Positions 49,021 through 62,680 of a stretch of 64,000 nt of DNA are shown here, piece by piece. The DNA is taken from positions 66,216,001 through 66,280,000 of the forward strand of contig OX597826.1 of assembly GCA_951406725.2 (NCBI GenBank). The letters are read 5' to 3'. Under the pieces are notes generated by a model, which saw only the letters and a program-made list of their open reading frames with translations, made no database searches and had not been told where the DNA came from. Position numbers and translations under genes: made by a program. The stretch is from Octopus vulgaris. Lineage: Eukaryota. Each line of letters begins with the position of its first letter. Positions within the stretch are counted from its first letter, which is position 1.

Positions 49021-51349
49021 CATTCTCTGAATCAGCTGTCGGTCTGAAGATCGTCAAAATGTCATCACATTCCGATAACATCGCTAACTTCCAACGATTA
49101 ATATAAAAAAAAAAAATAAATACACACACAAGGTGTCACCGAAGCGGTCGTGATTAAGGCTCAGTGTACAGATTATGGTGTAGTTGTAAAGAAAGAAGGG
49201 TTAAAATAACCTTAGCAAAATACCAGCTCAGTATCCCTACAATTTCCTTATTTGTTGGAGACGGGGATCGATATCCCTTTTAGACAATATTATCGTTAAT
49301 AGGCAAAGAAAAAAAATCAGGTTTAACCAACCTAATCAAGTTAATTTTGTAATAAACTGTTTTTTTTTTTTAATTGATCGAAATTATTTCCCCCTTTTTC
49401 TTTGAATATGTCACAAACAATTCGCGCTCGATCTTTACTTTCTTCCTCCAATTAACGAGAAAATTTCATTTGAGAAATTTTTGCGTATCATTAAGTAGAT
49501 CACGTCTTAAATTATCTTTATATATATATTTTATTATATTTACACACACGCACACACCCAAGTATTTGTCTATCTCACGAGGCCTCAAAACTTCAATTAA
49601 AGTAATACCTGTTGGTGTGCTAGGAATACAATACGAACCCCTCATCTGTAATGCCTTAGGTGTTAATAACAACGATTACGTACATTGGCACCAAAACATA
49701 TTGTAATGTATTTTATGAACCCTCAGCTTATAATTAGAAGAATTAAAGACAAAATCGACCTTTGCCAAACTACCGGCAAATAATACGGAATAAAAAAATA
49801 CGTATTGCCATGCACACTCGAAACTTTCAATACTTCGAATGCGTAAAATAAGTCGAATCCCGTGTTTAGTATCAAACTAACTCCAATCGAGTAAACCTAG
49901 AATCAAATATGTTCCAAACATGACAATTCCGACTTCTTTTAAAGACTGAAAAATGTTGTTCTATATCAAATGTCTGCCTATTCTTTTGTAGAAGACAGTA
50001 GGAAGATATGATACAATGGAGATTTAGATGCCATTTCTAGCAGGTCAAGCGACCGTACATTGACCGGTCTTTGTAACCAAAGCTTAAAAGGTCAGCTACT
50101 CAGGTTTTCAGCGATCGTTAATTTACGAAAAAACAAACTAACAAAATAAAGCAAAACATATTTAGGCAAGTACAAACAGTTTCGTAGGTTAAACTTAAGA
50201 TCTACCCTATTTACGATTACATAACTGGGACATTAAGAGACACATTTATTAGTTTTCCAAGCACAGGTTCATTAGTCTCTACCGGATTTCGTTAGTGGGT
50301 GGTGTGCCATAAAACTGTCCACTTTGCATCATCGGGTTATAGTTTTAATTGTTCCTAATATTCGTTCAGTTGTTTTTTTAAAAATACATTAATATTTGCA
50401 ATTGCTTAAACAGAATGCCTCCTTCTTGTCTCCACTTCATATTGCCGAGTAAATATTTTTTTTATTCATCTGGGATTTCACTTCAGAAGTGAACGAAGTT
50501 ACATTAATTCTCTATATACTGCCAATTTACCAGTTTGTATATTTTCAACATATCTGTCGACATGTAAGTATCTCAAGCTTAATATTTTTTTTCCCCTCAT
50601 CGTCTCTGTATAAATCAGTTTGGATGGTTTTTAGTTCCCCTTTAATACGAATTCAAGTTTTCCCTTAAGGGACGGCAAACTGCAGTTCTATAATCCACAT
50701 GGGATCTTACAGATTCGAAATTGTTTAATTAAATATTATTATACCCATCGCTATATCTAGAGGGTTTGTGTGGAATGCTGGAAGGATGATGTAATGTTGT
50801 GACATTAATGACCTTTCCACCGAGTGAAGTGACATGAAACGGTTTCATGCAGAACTCGAAAACCAGTTGCGGACTCGGGCGAATGATTAAAAACAGTGAG
50901 CGAGCTCACTCCGTTCACATTAATTATGGTCTACTGTTGCATATTTTTTATCGTTCCCAGAGAGGGTAAAATAAATAAACAAATAAAATAAAAAAAAATT
51001 TGACACAGAAAGGATCTGAACTCAGAAATAAGAATACAAACAATTTCTAATAGGGGTACGAATTTTGTAGAGGAAAGGACATGCTTCCATGACCTCAGTA
51101 TTCCACTGACCGGTATTTCATTTATCGACCCTGGAAAAGTGAAGACGAGGGCGACCCACGCAGGATTTGAACATTGCTAGAAACAACAACCAAACTAATA
51201 ATGGGTTCTAATATTGGTAGAAGAATAGAAAGAGCACATGCAATTAAATCACCCCTACTATATAACTGGTATTATTATATATATATATTTATATATATAT
51301 ATAATTTATACCGGAATGTTCGATAACACACATACATAGACCCACTCAC

Positions 51350-51560
51350 CTTGCCGTGACGAGACCTCTGTGTAGAGAGCTACATTTAGCGTAGTGAACC
51401 ATCGACTTGATGTAAATTGATAGTTAGAAAGACGAGCAGACGGTAAATGACGGTTGATTACTACTTGACAAAGTTGTTTTAAGGAAATATTGTTACTGCT
51501 ACTGTTATTACAGATATGTTTGAGACACCAACGTCCAGCTACATGTCTGTAAGAAGCCAT
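51350..51560 (-). CDS. DNAJA3: DNAJA3 exon 1, mitochondrial presequence (MASYRHVAGRWCLKHICNNSSSNNISLKQ...SSRQ)
   Basis: AAAGATGG Kozak context; R/S-rich, almost acid-free peptide; CAAG|GTGAGT donor in phase 1 matches exon 2; full protein 508 aa (12a) or 501 aa (12b). Confidence 0.85.
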
Positions 51561-52054
51561 CTTTACTACCGCTACTGTTGTTGTTGTTGATGATGGTAAT
51601 GATGATAGTGGGAGTGGTTGTGGATAACAGAGTGTAAGACGGAGGAAGGGAGGTTACGCTCGCCAAGGGAAGTAACTCGTCGGTGTCTAAGGGACTAAGT
51701 TAACCTCTCGTTCATAACATCACACAGTCTTTTATACTCTTCGCATACACAAACATACATACACACTTAAACACAACAGATACACACATACATACACGCA
51801 ATAGATGCACACACATTCACATTGACTCACACGTAACGTACACATAAACACACGTGCACATTCACAACAGACACACACACACACAGAGAAGAAACGGATG
51901 TGTTGATGCAAAAACGTGAAAAAGTACAAGAAGAAACAAGGAATAATAAAAATGCCTTAAGAATAGACAGAAGGGCAAAAGGAACAAGATTTCTGCAGAG
52001 GGTTGTACTAGATTACATTGCCATCAGTACCTGACTGGTTCTTTTAATATTTTA

Positions 52055-52400
52055 TTTGTTTCAGTCTTTTGGCTGCGGCCATGCTGGAGCACCGCCTTTA
52101 GTCGAACACATCAATCCCAGGACATATTCTTTGTAAGCCTACTACTTATTCTATCAGTCTCTTTTGCCGAACCGCTATATTACGGGGATGTAAACACACC
52201 AGCATCGGTTGTCAAGCGACGGTGAGGGAACAACCACAGATATATATATATATATTCCGTCTACCAAATCCACTCACAAGACTTTGGTCGGTCTGAGGCT
52301 ATAGTAGAAGACACTTGCCCAAGGTGCGACGCACTGGGACTGAACCTGGAACCATGTGGCTGGTAAGCAAGTTACTTACCATACCGCCACTCCTGCACCT
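52055..52400 (-). mobile_element. SINE family A
   Basis: Matches consensus. Confidence 0.85.
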
Positions 52401-52508
52401 ATAGAAATAACGTTCCCATGCCGGGAAATTTTGCGGGAGGGAGAGGCAGTCGATTTGATCGACCCCATTACGCAAATGGTACTTAATTTATTGACCCCGA
52501 ACTCAGAA

Positions 52509-53119
52509 ATGAATTCATTTGGATACAGCCAATCAGAGCTCACCTTGACTTGTTGTCAAGTTAACAAACACACTCTACCAAGTAAACTCAAGACGAAGAA
52601 TGGTGTTGTAAGTCGACCGATCGCCAAATTATGCCTGATTTTAGAAAGAGACAAGTTGTTAGATTTGCATCTATGCCTATTATCGGATTTTGTTAGGGCC
52701 CCATATGGTAAAGATGTGGATGAGAAAAATGTGGGTAGAGGGTGATGTGCTAGCAACCCTCTCCCCTTACTGCTGTACAAACACAACCGATGCTGGTGTG
52801 TTTACATCCCCGTAACGTAGCGGTTCGGCAAAAAAGACCGATAGAATAAGTAGTAGACTTACAAAGAATATGTCCTGGAATTGATTTGTTCGATTAAAGG
52901 CGGTGCTCCAGCATGGTCGTAGTCAAACAACAATACAAATAACTACGCAGAGGTAGCCATGGTTGAAACAAGAACAAGAACAACAAGCATTCTTAAAAAA
53001 GGAAAGAAGCAAGGTCATTCCTTACCCTAGTGACCTTATCTTATCGCCCATCACTTGTTATGCGCTCATAAATTAGTTTGATGGTTGCGCTCTGATTGGC
53101 TGTATGCAAATGAGTTCAT
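52509..53119. mobile_element. Putative MITE with ~35-bp TIRs containing CCAAT and octamer motifs; SINE fragment inside
   Basis: ATGAATTCATTTGGATACAGCCAATCAGAGC at 52509 versus the reverse complement of GCTCTGATTGGCTGTATGCAAATGAGTTCAT at 53089-53119. Confidence 0.65.
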
Positions 53120-53910
53120 AACTGGAGCCCGGCAGCATGAAAGGTAAAGTTGACCTCAGCGGCATTTGAACTCAGGGCGTAAAAGTGCCGGAACAAATGC
53201 CGCATGATAGTTTTCGATGCTCAAACGGTTCTTCCCAATTCGCACCCTTAAATGGTTTCTGGTTTAGGCACAAGACCAGCAATTTTGAGGGAAAGGAGTG
53301 TAGTGAATGTCATCGATCCCAGTAATTGATTACTTTATTTTATCGACCCTCGAAAGGATGAAAGACAAAGATAACGTTGGCAGGAAATGAACTAAGAACG
53401 TGAAGAACATTTTGTTCGACACTTAACGATTCTTTTAGTCTTCGGTCTCTTTGGCTGAACAGCAAAGAAACGGGGAGGTAAACAACCAAGCACCGGTTGT
53501 CAAGTGATGGTGGGGACATAAAGACACATCTATCTATCTGTCTGTCTGAATGTCTCTCTGTCTGTCTATATGTATATGTGTGTGTGTGTATGTATGTATC
53601 TATCGATATAAAGATGAGAATGTGTGTTTGTCTGCCTGTGTGTCTGTATGAATCCCTAAAACTTGAGAACTACACAACCAATTTCATTCAAATTTTACAC
53701 ATGCCTTACTTAGGGTCCATGTAGTGTCATGGGCAAAAACAAAATTTTAACTTCTTGCCTAGGGCGAGCCTACAGCAACATCATATCTTCTCCACTATTT
53801 CAGTATTACGTGTCAAAAGGGAAACAAAAACATCTCTTTATTGTAATGTTACATGCTTTCACTTTAATAGTTTCACTTTAATACCGAAACTATTAAAGTG
53901 AAACTATTAT

Positions 53911-54052
53911 ATAAGTGGGATGAACTGTAAGTGGACATCCATTACGCTAGAAGAAGATCCACTATGGTCTTACCACTAACAAAGGAATGGTAAGACCATA
54001 GTGGATCTTCTTCTGGCATAATGTATGTCCACTTACAGGTCATCCCTCTTAT
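53911..54052. repeat. ~140-bp near-perfect palindrome (probable small MITE)
   Basis: GGGATGAACTGTAAGTGGACAT...AGAAGAAGATCCACTATGGTCTTACCA mirrored across an ~12-nt loop. Confidence 0.85.
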
Positions 54053-54192
54053 TTGTATGTAATATAATTTTTTCTGAAACTTCCGACTTTTCAATATGCT
54101 ACCCCACTGGTTTTAAATTGATATTAATCAAATTAATATTCAAATTTTCCCCCTTATTATTTTAAATTTAAATTTGCATGTATATATATATA

Positions 54193-54253
<61 letters not shown>

Positions 54254-54315
54254 GGATGTATATATGTGTGTGTGTGTGTGTGTACATATTACATGTGCAT
54301 CTATATATATATATA

Positions 54316-54387
<72 letters not shown>

Positions 54388-54576
54388 CACTAAGTAATTA
54401 AGGGTTTAGCAACGATTTGCCTCACCACACACCGAATTTAGAAACAGCAGTCAAAGAGTTATAGCTATTCTTTCTACTAAAAGGGAGATCTCAGTAAAAC
54501 CACAGCACTTGAAAGGCAAACACAGACAGGCAAGAGAGAAAGAAATGACGGCAATCTATCATACAATTTTAAGTCA

Positions 54577-54667
54577 CCTACGGACGTACGTTTCGAAATT
54601 AAGTTTTAGGAAAGCATAAGAATTAGATAATTATGTCTTACCCAACTTCTTTTCTCATCAGCGTAGG
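54577..54667 (-). ncRNA. Intact type I hammerhead ribozyme (Penelope-type) in a (TA)n-inserted repeat at ~54390-55005
   Basis: CCTACG CTGATGA GAAA..52 nt..TTTC GAAA CGTACG TC CGTAGG: 6-bp stem I, perfect core, G10.1-C11.1 pair, palindromic stem III, GUC site. Confidence 0.88.
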
Positions 54668-54872
54668 ACACTACAATTATGAATAATTGTATATTAAATT
54701 TCGAGATACTAGAAGGCATCATCTCAACTCAGTATCAGAGCGAGCTAAAACCGTTACCAGTATCACCAAATTCAAAGTGTGAATGAAAGTTTGTGTCACC
54801 AACCCCTTCCCACCAGCGTGTAGCCAAGACAAGATGTTGTGGTCATTTACTGGGATGAAATATGGTTATCAG

Positions 54873-54980
54873 TAATAATATAGGGTGAAATTAATTAATT
54901 TGGAATAATCATTAATTTCACCAAGTAGTTGGTGAAATTAATGATTATTCCAAATTAATTAATTTCACCCTATATTATTA
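54873..54980. repeat. Perfect 52-bp-arm palindrome
   Basis: 54873-54924 is the exact reverse complement of 54929-54980; loop GTAG. Confidence 0.9.
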
Positions 54981-55002
54981 TTAATTTCACCCTATATTAT
55001 TA

Positions 55003-55080
<78 letters not shown>

Positions 55081-55095
55081 ATACATATATATATT

Positions 55096-55131
<36 letters not shown>

Positions 55132-55215
55132 TGCACATGTAATATGTACACATGCACACGTGCATCTATATATATAGAAATTAAATGAAAATTTAAAAAC
55201 ATTTATCCTAATTCA

Positions 55216-55314
55216 TCTTTAGACGATGCATCGTTTCCATGTTTTTAATGGCAAACCAGCTTAATTAAATTAAATTAAGTCAATCTACCAAAGGTTACAC
55301 CTCATCGGTAAAGA
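55216..55314 (-). ncRNA. Variant type I hammerhead ribozyme motif
   Basis: TCTTTA CCGATGA GGTGT..ACATG GAAA CGATGCATCG TC TAAAGA; U4C change and a broken stem II closing pair; inverted partial copy at ~55570-55594. Confidence 0.7.
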
Positions 55315-55589
55315 AACCAGGAGAGACGGATATACACGAGGCATCTGTATCAATGCCCTCGGAATATCTGCCCTAAAATTTTCAAAACCATCGTATTTGC
55401 ACCAACTTATCAGCAGTAAATATAAACTGCTGATTCAATCTCAGAATTAGTCAGAAAATCATCAATTAATCAATTTAGGGTAGCAAAAAATTCAATAGAA
55501 ATTTATCGCTACCAGCGGTCTAGTGGGAAAGAGAAAATAGTCAAAGACTATATATATAAATTCAACAAAAAACACCGAAACGATGCATC

Positions 55590-55683
<94 letters not shown>

Positions 55684-55788
55684 TATATATTTATATATGT
55701 ATATATATAGATGCACATGTAATATGTACACACACACATATATATATCTATATATGTATATATATATATAGATGCACATATAATATGT

Positions 55789-55819
<31 letters not shown>

Positions 55820-55834
55820 CATATATACACCCAT

Positions 55835-55865
<31 letters not shown>

Positions 55866-56094
55866 CATATATACACCCATACACACATACACAGGTGCAG
55901 GTGTGGCTGTGTGGTAACAAACTTGGTTCCAAAACACATGGTCCTGGGTTCAGTTCCATTGTGTGGTGACTTGGCATGTGACTTTTGCTATAGCTTCAGA
56001 CTAACCAAAACCTTGTCAGTGGATTTTGTAGATAGAAACTGAAAGAAATCGATCGTATATATATAAATCTATGTGTGTGTCTTTGTGTTTCGAG

Positions 56095-57790
<1,696 letters not shown>

Positions 57791-57932
57791 GCTTATCTCG
57801 ATGAATTCAAGATGGTCTTCTTATTAAAATCAGTGAATGTGACAAGACTGGCTCTTTAAGCCAGAGCTGCGTGAACTTGAGCAACGTGAATCTCTCCCCC
57901 TCTGTCTCTGTCTGTCTGCCTGTCTTTTCTTT

Positions 57933-58975
57933 TTACCTCCGCCTTCGCTAAGGCGGAGGTAATGTTTCCTGTCGTGTTTGTTTGTTTGTTTGTCTGTGGA
58001 CAAGATATCTCAAGAATCGCTGGATGGATTCGGATGAAACTTTCAGGAATGTTTGGCATCGTGTTTGGCACGAACTGATTAGATTTTGGGATCGATCCGG
58101 TACCGGACAAGGATTCTGAATTATTTGTTATATTTACTTTACATGAAGTATTACGATCTTACTTTCACTTTCAAGTCTTTCTCTGATTATCTCCCTTGAA
58201 AGCACGCTCATGGTTTCCACGTAAGTTATGGTGGCGTTGCTGTTTCCAAAGTTTTATTTTCGTTTCTCTATTATTAATTTTACTCGCGTCTCTATCTTAG
58301 TAGAAACTGATGGATAAAGAAATCAAACTACATAAATAAATGGCAGCAAAACCGTTCAAAAATGAAATAACACTAAATATTCAGTAACAATAATAAAGTT
58401 ATCCTCGACAATTTTTAGTTTTACCAATTTTGAATATATCGCTCCTCTTAAAACCTTTTACCTACTTGACAATTGCATTTCTAGCTCAACCTTGAAGGAA
58501 GCTTTACTTCTTAGACTCTCATTTTTGTGCGCAACAATGTTGTTAAACCTTCGTTAACAGCACCATATGCTGGTCCGTTATCTTTCACGCACGGATAATT
58601 TTTTCACTATAGACTTTAATGGTCGTAAAGACACTATATCAGTGGATAAACTAAAAAAGGCCTTCATAGAGAAAACTGCCCCTGTTCCCACTACAGACGA
58701 CACACACACATCATTACAAACACAGCCTGCACACCCACCTTCACATTCCATGACTGCCATTAGGATCGATCAGCTACCGGACAAGGATTCTGGATTATTA
58801 TCCCGGTTTTTTAAACTTAATTTTTGAGAGCGGTCGGGTTCATTTTTAGAATTCTCGTATGTGAGAGCAGCCGAGGTAATTTCAGATATTCTCATTTTAA
58901 AACTCATCTCCAGTTAATCGCTGAGAGGACGTTGGTACTGCTTTGGCGGAGGCTTGCGCCCTCTGAGTGCTCTTG
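57933..58975 (+). mobile_element. Helentron-associated (HINE/DINE-1-like) element with internal insertions
   Basis: 5' TTACCTCCGCC..GGCGGAGGTAA hairpin, (GTTT)n tract, 3' sub-TIR GGCGGAGG plus a short terminal hairpin, T-rich flanks. Confidence 0.6.
58540..58690 (+). mobile_element. Gypsy integrase C-terminal fragment
   Basis: PYAGP followed (frameshift) by LSRTDNFFTIDFNGRKDTISVDKLKKAF. Confidence 0.7.
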
Positions 58976-59447
58976 GTTTTGTCTTGTTTTCTTGTTAATC
59001 ACATGACCTTCGAAGAACTTTCTGGTTCTTTATTCGACTAACCTCCCATATTATTGAACTGTCTGCTCCAACTCCCGTGATGTGTCGCTGACATCTCAAA
59101 GAACCAACTCAAAGAACCAACTCAAACCATGACGTCATAACCACTCGACACTGGACGATCCCACGGAGTTCCATCTTTTTTTCCCCGTCACACCTATATC
59201 AGTAGTTTGAAGTCTCATACGTATTGACATTGTTATTGAAAGATGAAATTAATGAATGTAGAATACAATTACGTATATTGTAACTAATGAAATATTTCGC
59301 AAAATATAAGAGAGACGAGTTAAAAATCGTTTGGTATGTGTCACGGTGCTTTGTTTTCACGTGCTCGCTGTTCCTAAGTTTAGAACCTGGCTCATATCCT
59401 TAACTTGATATCTAGTGTTTTCCAAAAGTTGGTCGATATGTACTCTT

Positions 59448-59680
59448 CTTATTTCTTTATTGCCCACAAGGGGCTAAACATAAAGGGGACAAACAAGGAC
59501 AGACAAAGGGATTAAGTCGATTACATCAACCCCAGTGCGTAACTGGTACTTAACTTATTGACCCTGAAAGGATGAAAGGCAAAGTCGACCTCGGCGGAAT
59601 TTGAACTCAGAACGTAACGGCAGACGAAATACTGCTAAGCATTTCGCCCGGCGTGCTAACGTTTCTGCCGGCTCGCCACC
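59448..59680 (-). mobile_element. SINE family B, full length
   Basis: Matches consensus, CpGs retained. Confidence 0.9.
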
Positions 59681-60171
59681 ACCCGGCGAGCTGGTATGTA
59701 CTCTTGGTCTACCGATTCCTCTGTGCCTATGTGTGAGTTTCCAGTGAAGAAGATCACCGGAAGGAGATCACTGGATATCTTCTTCTTGCTTCTCCAGTAG
59801 TGTCCTGCATAACATGCTGTCGTAGGGATGTTTGGTCGCTTGTGTCGAGCTGGTCAATGACGATATAATGTGAATGTATGGTTCTCCATTGTCGCATGTT
59901 GGTATTGTAATTGTAGTGATGTGAGATGTTGTCGCCGAGTGAATAGTAACAGAAAGAAACTCACGACCGAACCTTTAACTTCAATTTTCATTGCTGGTCT
60001 TGATATTTTGTGTTGGTTATTTACAATGAAAGATGCTAATGATACAATTGCCGACTGGGAGGAGAAAATACCGCACTGTGTCTGTAGAAAGCTACTGATG
60101 GGACATGGTGTGGATGTTCGAAATCAATCTGTCCGAGTACTTGAAGTCGGCTGCGCAAAACTCCGAAGCCA

Positions 60172-60303
60172 TCTGCTCAAATGCTCAAGGTCGCCTGCTC
60201 GAATGTTCGAGGTCGTCTGCTCGAATGTTCGAGGTCGTCTGCTCGAATGTTCGAGGTCGTCTGCTGGAATGTTCGAGGTCGTCTGCTCGAATGTTTGAGG
60301 TCG
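60172..60303. repeat. 22-bp tandem repeat, 6 copies
   Basis: Unit TCTGCTCGAATGTTCGAGGTCG with internal CTCGAA/TTCGAG dyad. Confidence 0.92.
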
Positions 60304-60584
60304 TCAGTCAGACAATTTTTATAGGGTGAAAAGAAAAATAAAGGGGTAAATTCTAGAACATCCAAGAAGACTTATTCCACCACTGCTTCATTCTGATTGG
60401 TCGACTTATAGCTTAATCACGTGAAACTAATGGCTCGCACATGATACTTAACTGAGTATCTTGCGACTGGGGATTGAATCACTGCAGTATTAATACAGTT
60501 ACATCATGTTCTAATTCCAGAGCGTCATAATATCATAATATTGAAACTTCATAATACCGGAGTAAGACAACTTTAGTCTCTTTT

Positions 60585-60778
60585 CTTTACTTTCTTTTAT
60601 TTGTTTGTCATTTGACTGCGGCCATGCTGGAGCACCATCTTTAATCGAGCAAATCGACCCCAGGACTTATTCTTTGTAAGCCAAGTACTTATTTTCTCGG
60701 TCTCTTTGCCGAAGCGCTCAGTTACGGGGACGTAAACACACCAGCATCCGTTGTCAAACGATGGTGGTGGGGACAAAC

Positions 60779-60809
<31 letters not shown>

Positions 60810-60840
60810 CACACACACACACACACACAAACACACACAG

Positions 60841-60889
<49 letters not shown>

Positions 60890-61056
60890 CATACTACGGG
60901 CTTCTTTCAGTTTCCGTCTACCAAATCCACTTATAAACCTTTAGTCAGCCCGAGGCTATAGTAGAAGACACTTACTCGAGGTGCCACGCAGTGGGACTGA
61001 ACCCGGAACCATGTGGTTGGTAAGCAAGCTACTTACCATACAGCCACTCCTGCGCC
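60585..61056 (-). mobile_element. SINE family A
   Basis: Matches consensus; expanded internal (CA)n. Confidence 0.88.
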
Positions 61057-61627
61057 AATAACTTTGTTATCAAACATTTTATTTAGCGATTCGTTATAAT
61101 ACATGCGCAGCCGTTTTAACAGCACTTTGGGCCTTCGGGCAAAGCAGTGCATTTGAGGTCTAATAGTATATATTTCTTGTTAGTAAACTACAGAATACAT
61201 AGATTAACACTGACCCCTTAAATCTGTGGGGACTTCAGTCAATTGTACAGTGGTCTTATGTCTCAAGGCGGCAGTGGACAATGTAAAGATATATATTCAT
61301 GTAACAAAAGATGGTATGGTATATTTGAGGAAAAAATATACCTTAAATCACGACGGATAAACGGCATCCTATGGAAAAAGCAAACCATTTTGTTTTTTCT
61401 TTCTTTCCAACGTAACCCCAGTACTACATAAACCAATTTCACTTATTTTTTTAAATGATAGGCTGTAATTTGAGGGGGATCGCGTTGCTATTTTTAGTAG
61501 GATGTGCGACTACGTAGAATCTCCGTTGTTTGCTCGTATCAATGTTGGAGCATTGCATATGCAATGCCGCAACACTGCTTCAATCAAATGGACAAAGACA
61601 GTAAAAGAATAAAAAGAAAAATGACTA

Positions 61628-62149
61628 CTGTAAATCCTCGAGTATAATCCGCATTTTTTCCCCAAAATTTAAAGGTCAAAATCCCTAGTGCGTACTATAT
61701 ATGCGGTTAAAAACGAAAAATATTTTCTAAGCAATGTTCGAGTCTCTATTTGCTGTCCGGCAATGTTTATTCAGACGCATTTTGTGATGTCGGGCGCGAA
61801 AATACATTAATCTAAGCCTGAAAGCAATGAAGTCATAAAAGAATCACCCATAACTTGCAATTAGCAACATTTATTAAAATAAAAGTATTCAGAACACAGA
61901 ATAACATGTAACAAAAACAATTTGCAAACATATTTACATTCGCATGTAACAGTTAAGAACATTACCATTATTGCATTACGCATGCGCGGAAGTATTTGTT
62001 CGACTAGGTGCTGCTGGCTTAATTACGCACGACTCAAGTTAGAGAAGGAGTGCGTATTATACACAAGGTTTACGTTTTTCAGCGGTACAGCCCTCTAAAA
62101 ATCCCCTGCGTATTATACTCAAGGGCGGACTATACTCGAAGATTTACGG
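61628..62149. mobile_element. Tigger/pogo-like MITE, copy 3
   Basis: TA|CTGTAAATCCTCGAGTATA...TATACTCGAAGATTTACGG|TA. Confidence 0.88.
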
Positions 62150-62312
62150 TATAGTCTTAATCTCATGAATGTTTAACTACTATTCACACTCGAAAGTTTT
62201 GGAAATTAAATAATGGATAGAAATATATTCCACTTGAAGCTGTTATTCGTCAGAGATTTCTTGAATAAAAAATAGTGATCGTGGTTCTAATTTCACACGG
62301 ATTGTAGTTACG

Positions 62313-62680
62313 TCACCTGTTCTGTGTGTTGTGCAACTGGTTCAGACAAAAGTCCTTGTCATCTGAGAAGAACCAGATCATCCCCAGCTCAACAGAATAT
62401 TTCAGCTTGTTCAAGAACTTCTTTGCTTTCGTCAAGCGGTTCTCTTAGGCCTTGGCTGTCAGAATTTGTCCCTAACGCCTCTTATACGAGCGGTAGCGAT
62501 GGTCCTGTTGCAGAACCAAGTTCATGGTGGCGATTATAACAATCATTTCTCTCGCCAAAACCGAACGCTGTTCTGTCATCACCTTGTCCTGCCGTTGTTG
62601 GATGGATTCCGGCGTGCAGCTAAGCTCTTCTTAATTACAACTTCAATCTTTATTCTCTCCAACACGTTAAACTGTCCCTG
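62313..62680 (-). mobile_element. Tc1/mariner (maT-like) transposase fossil; second fragment on + at ~63330-63468
   Basis: MNLVLQQDHRYRSYKRR*GQILTAKA*ENRLTKAKKFLNKLK...IWFFSDDKDF..QLHNTQN (first catalytic Asp motif, FSDEK-like). Confidence 0.8.

Noticed and set aside
50400-50568. Possible + strand exon ending at CAT|GTAAGT, antisense to DNAJA3
   Set aside because: Only a donor-like hexamer; no partner exon or coding signal identified.
54140-56042. Long YI/CV/HT-repeat ORFs
   Set aside because: Translations of (TA)n, (CA)n and (TG)n microsatellites.
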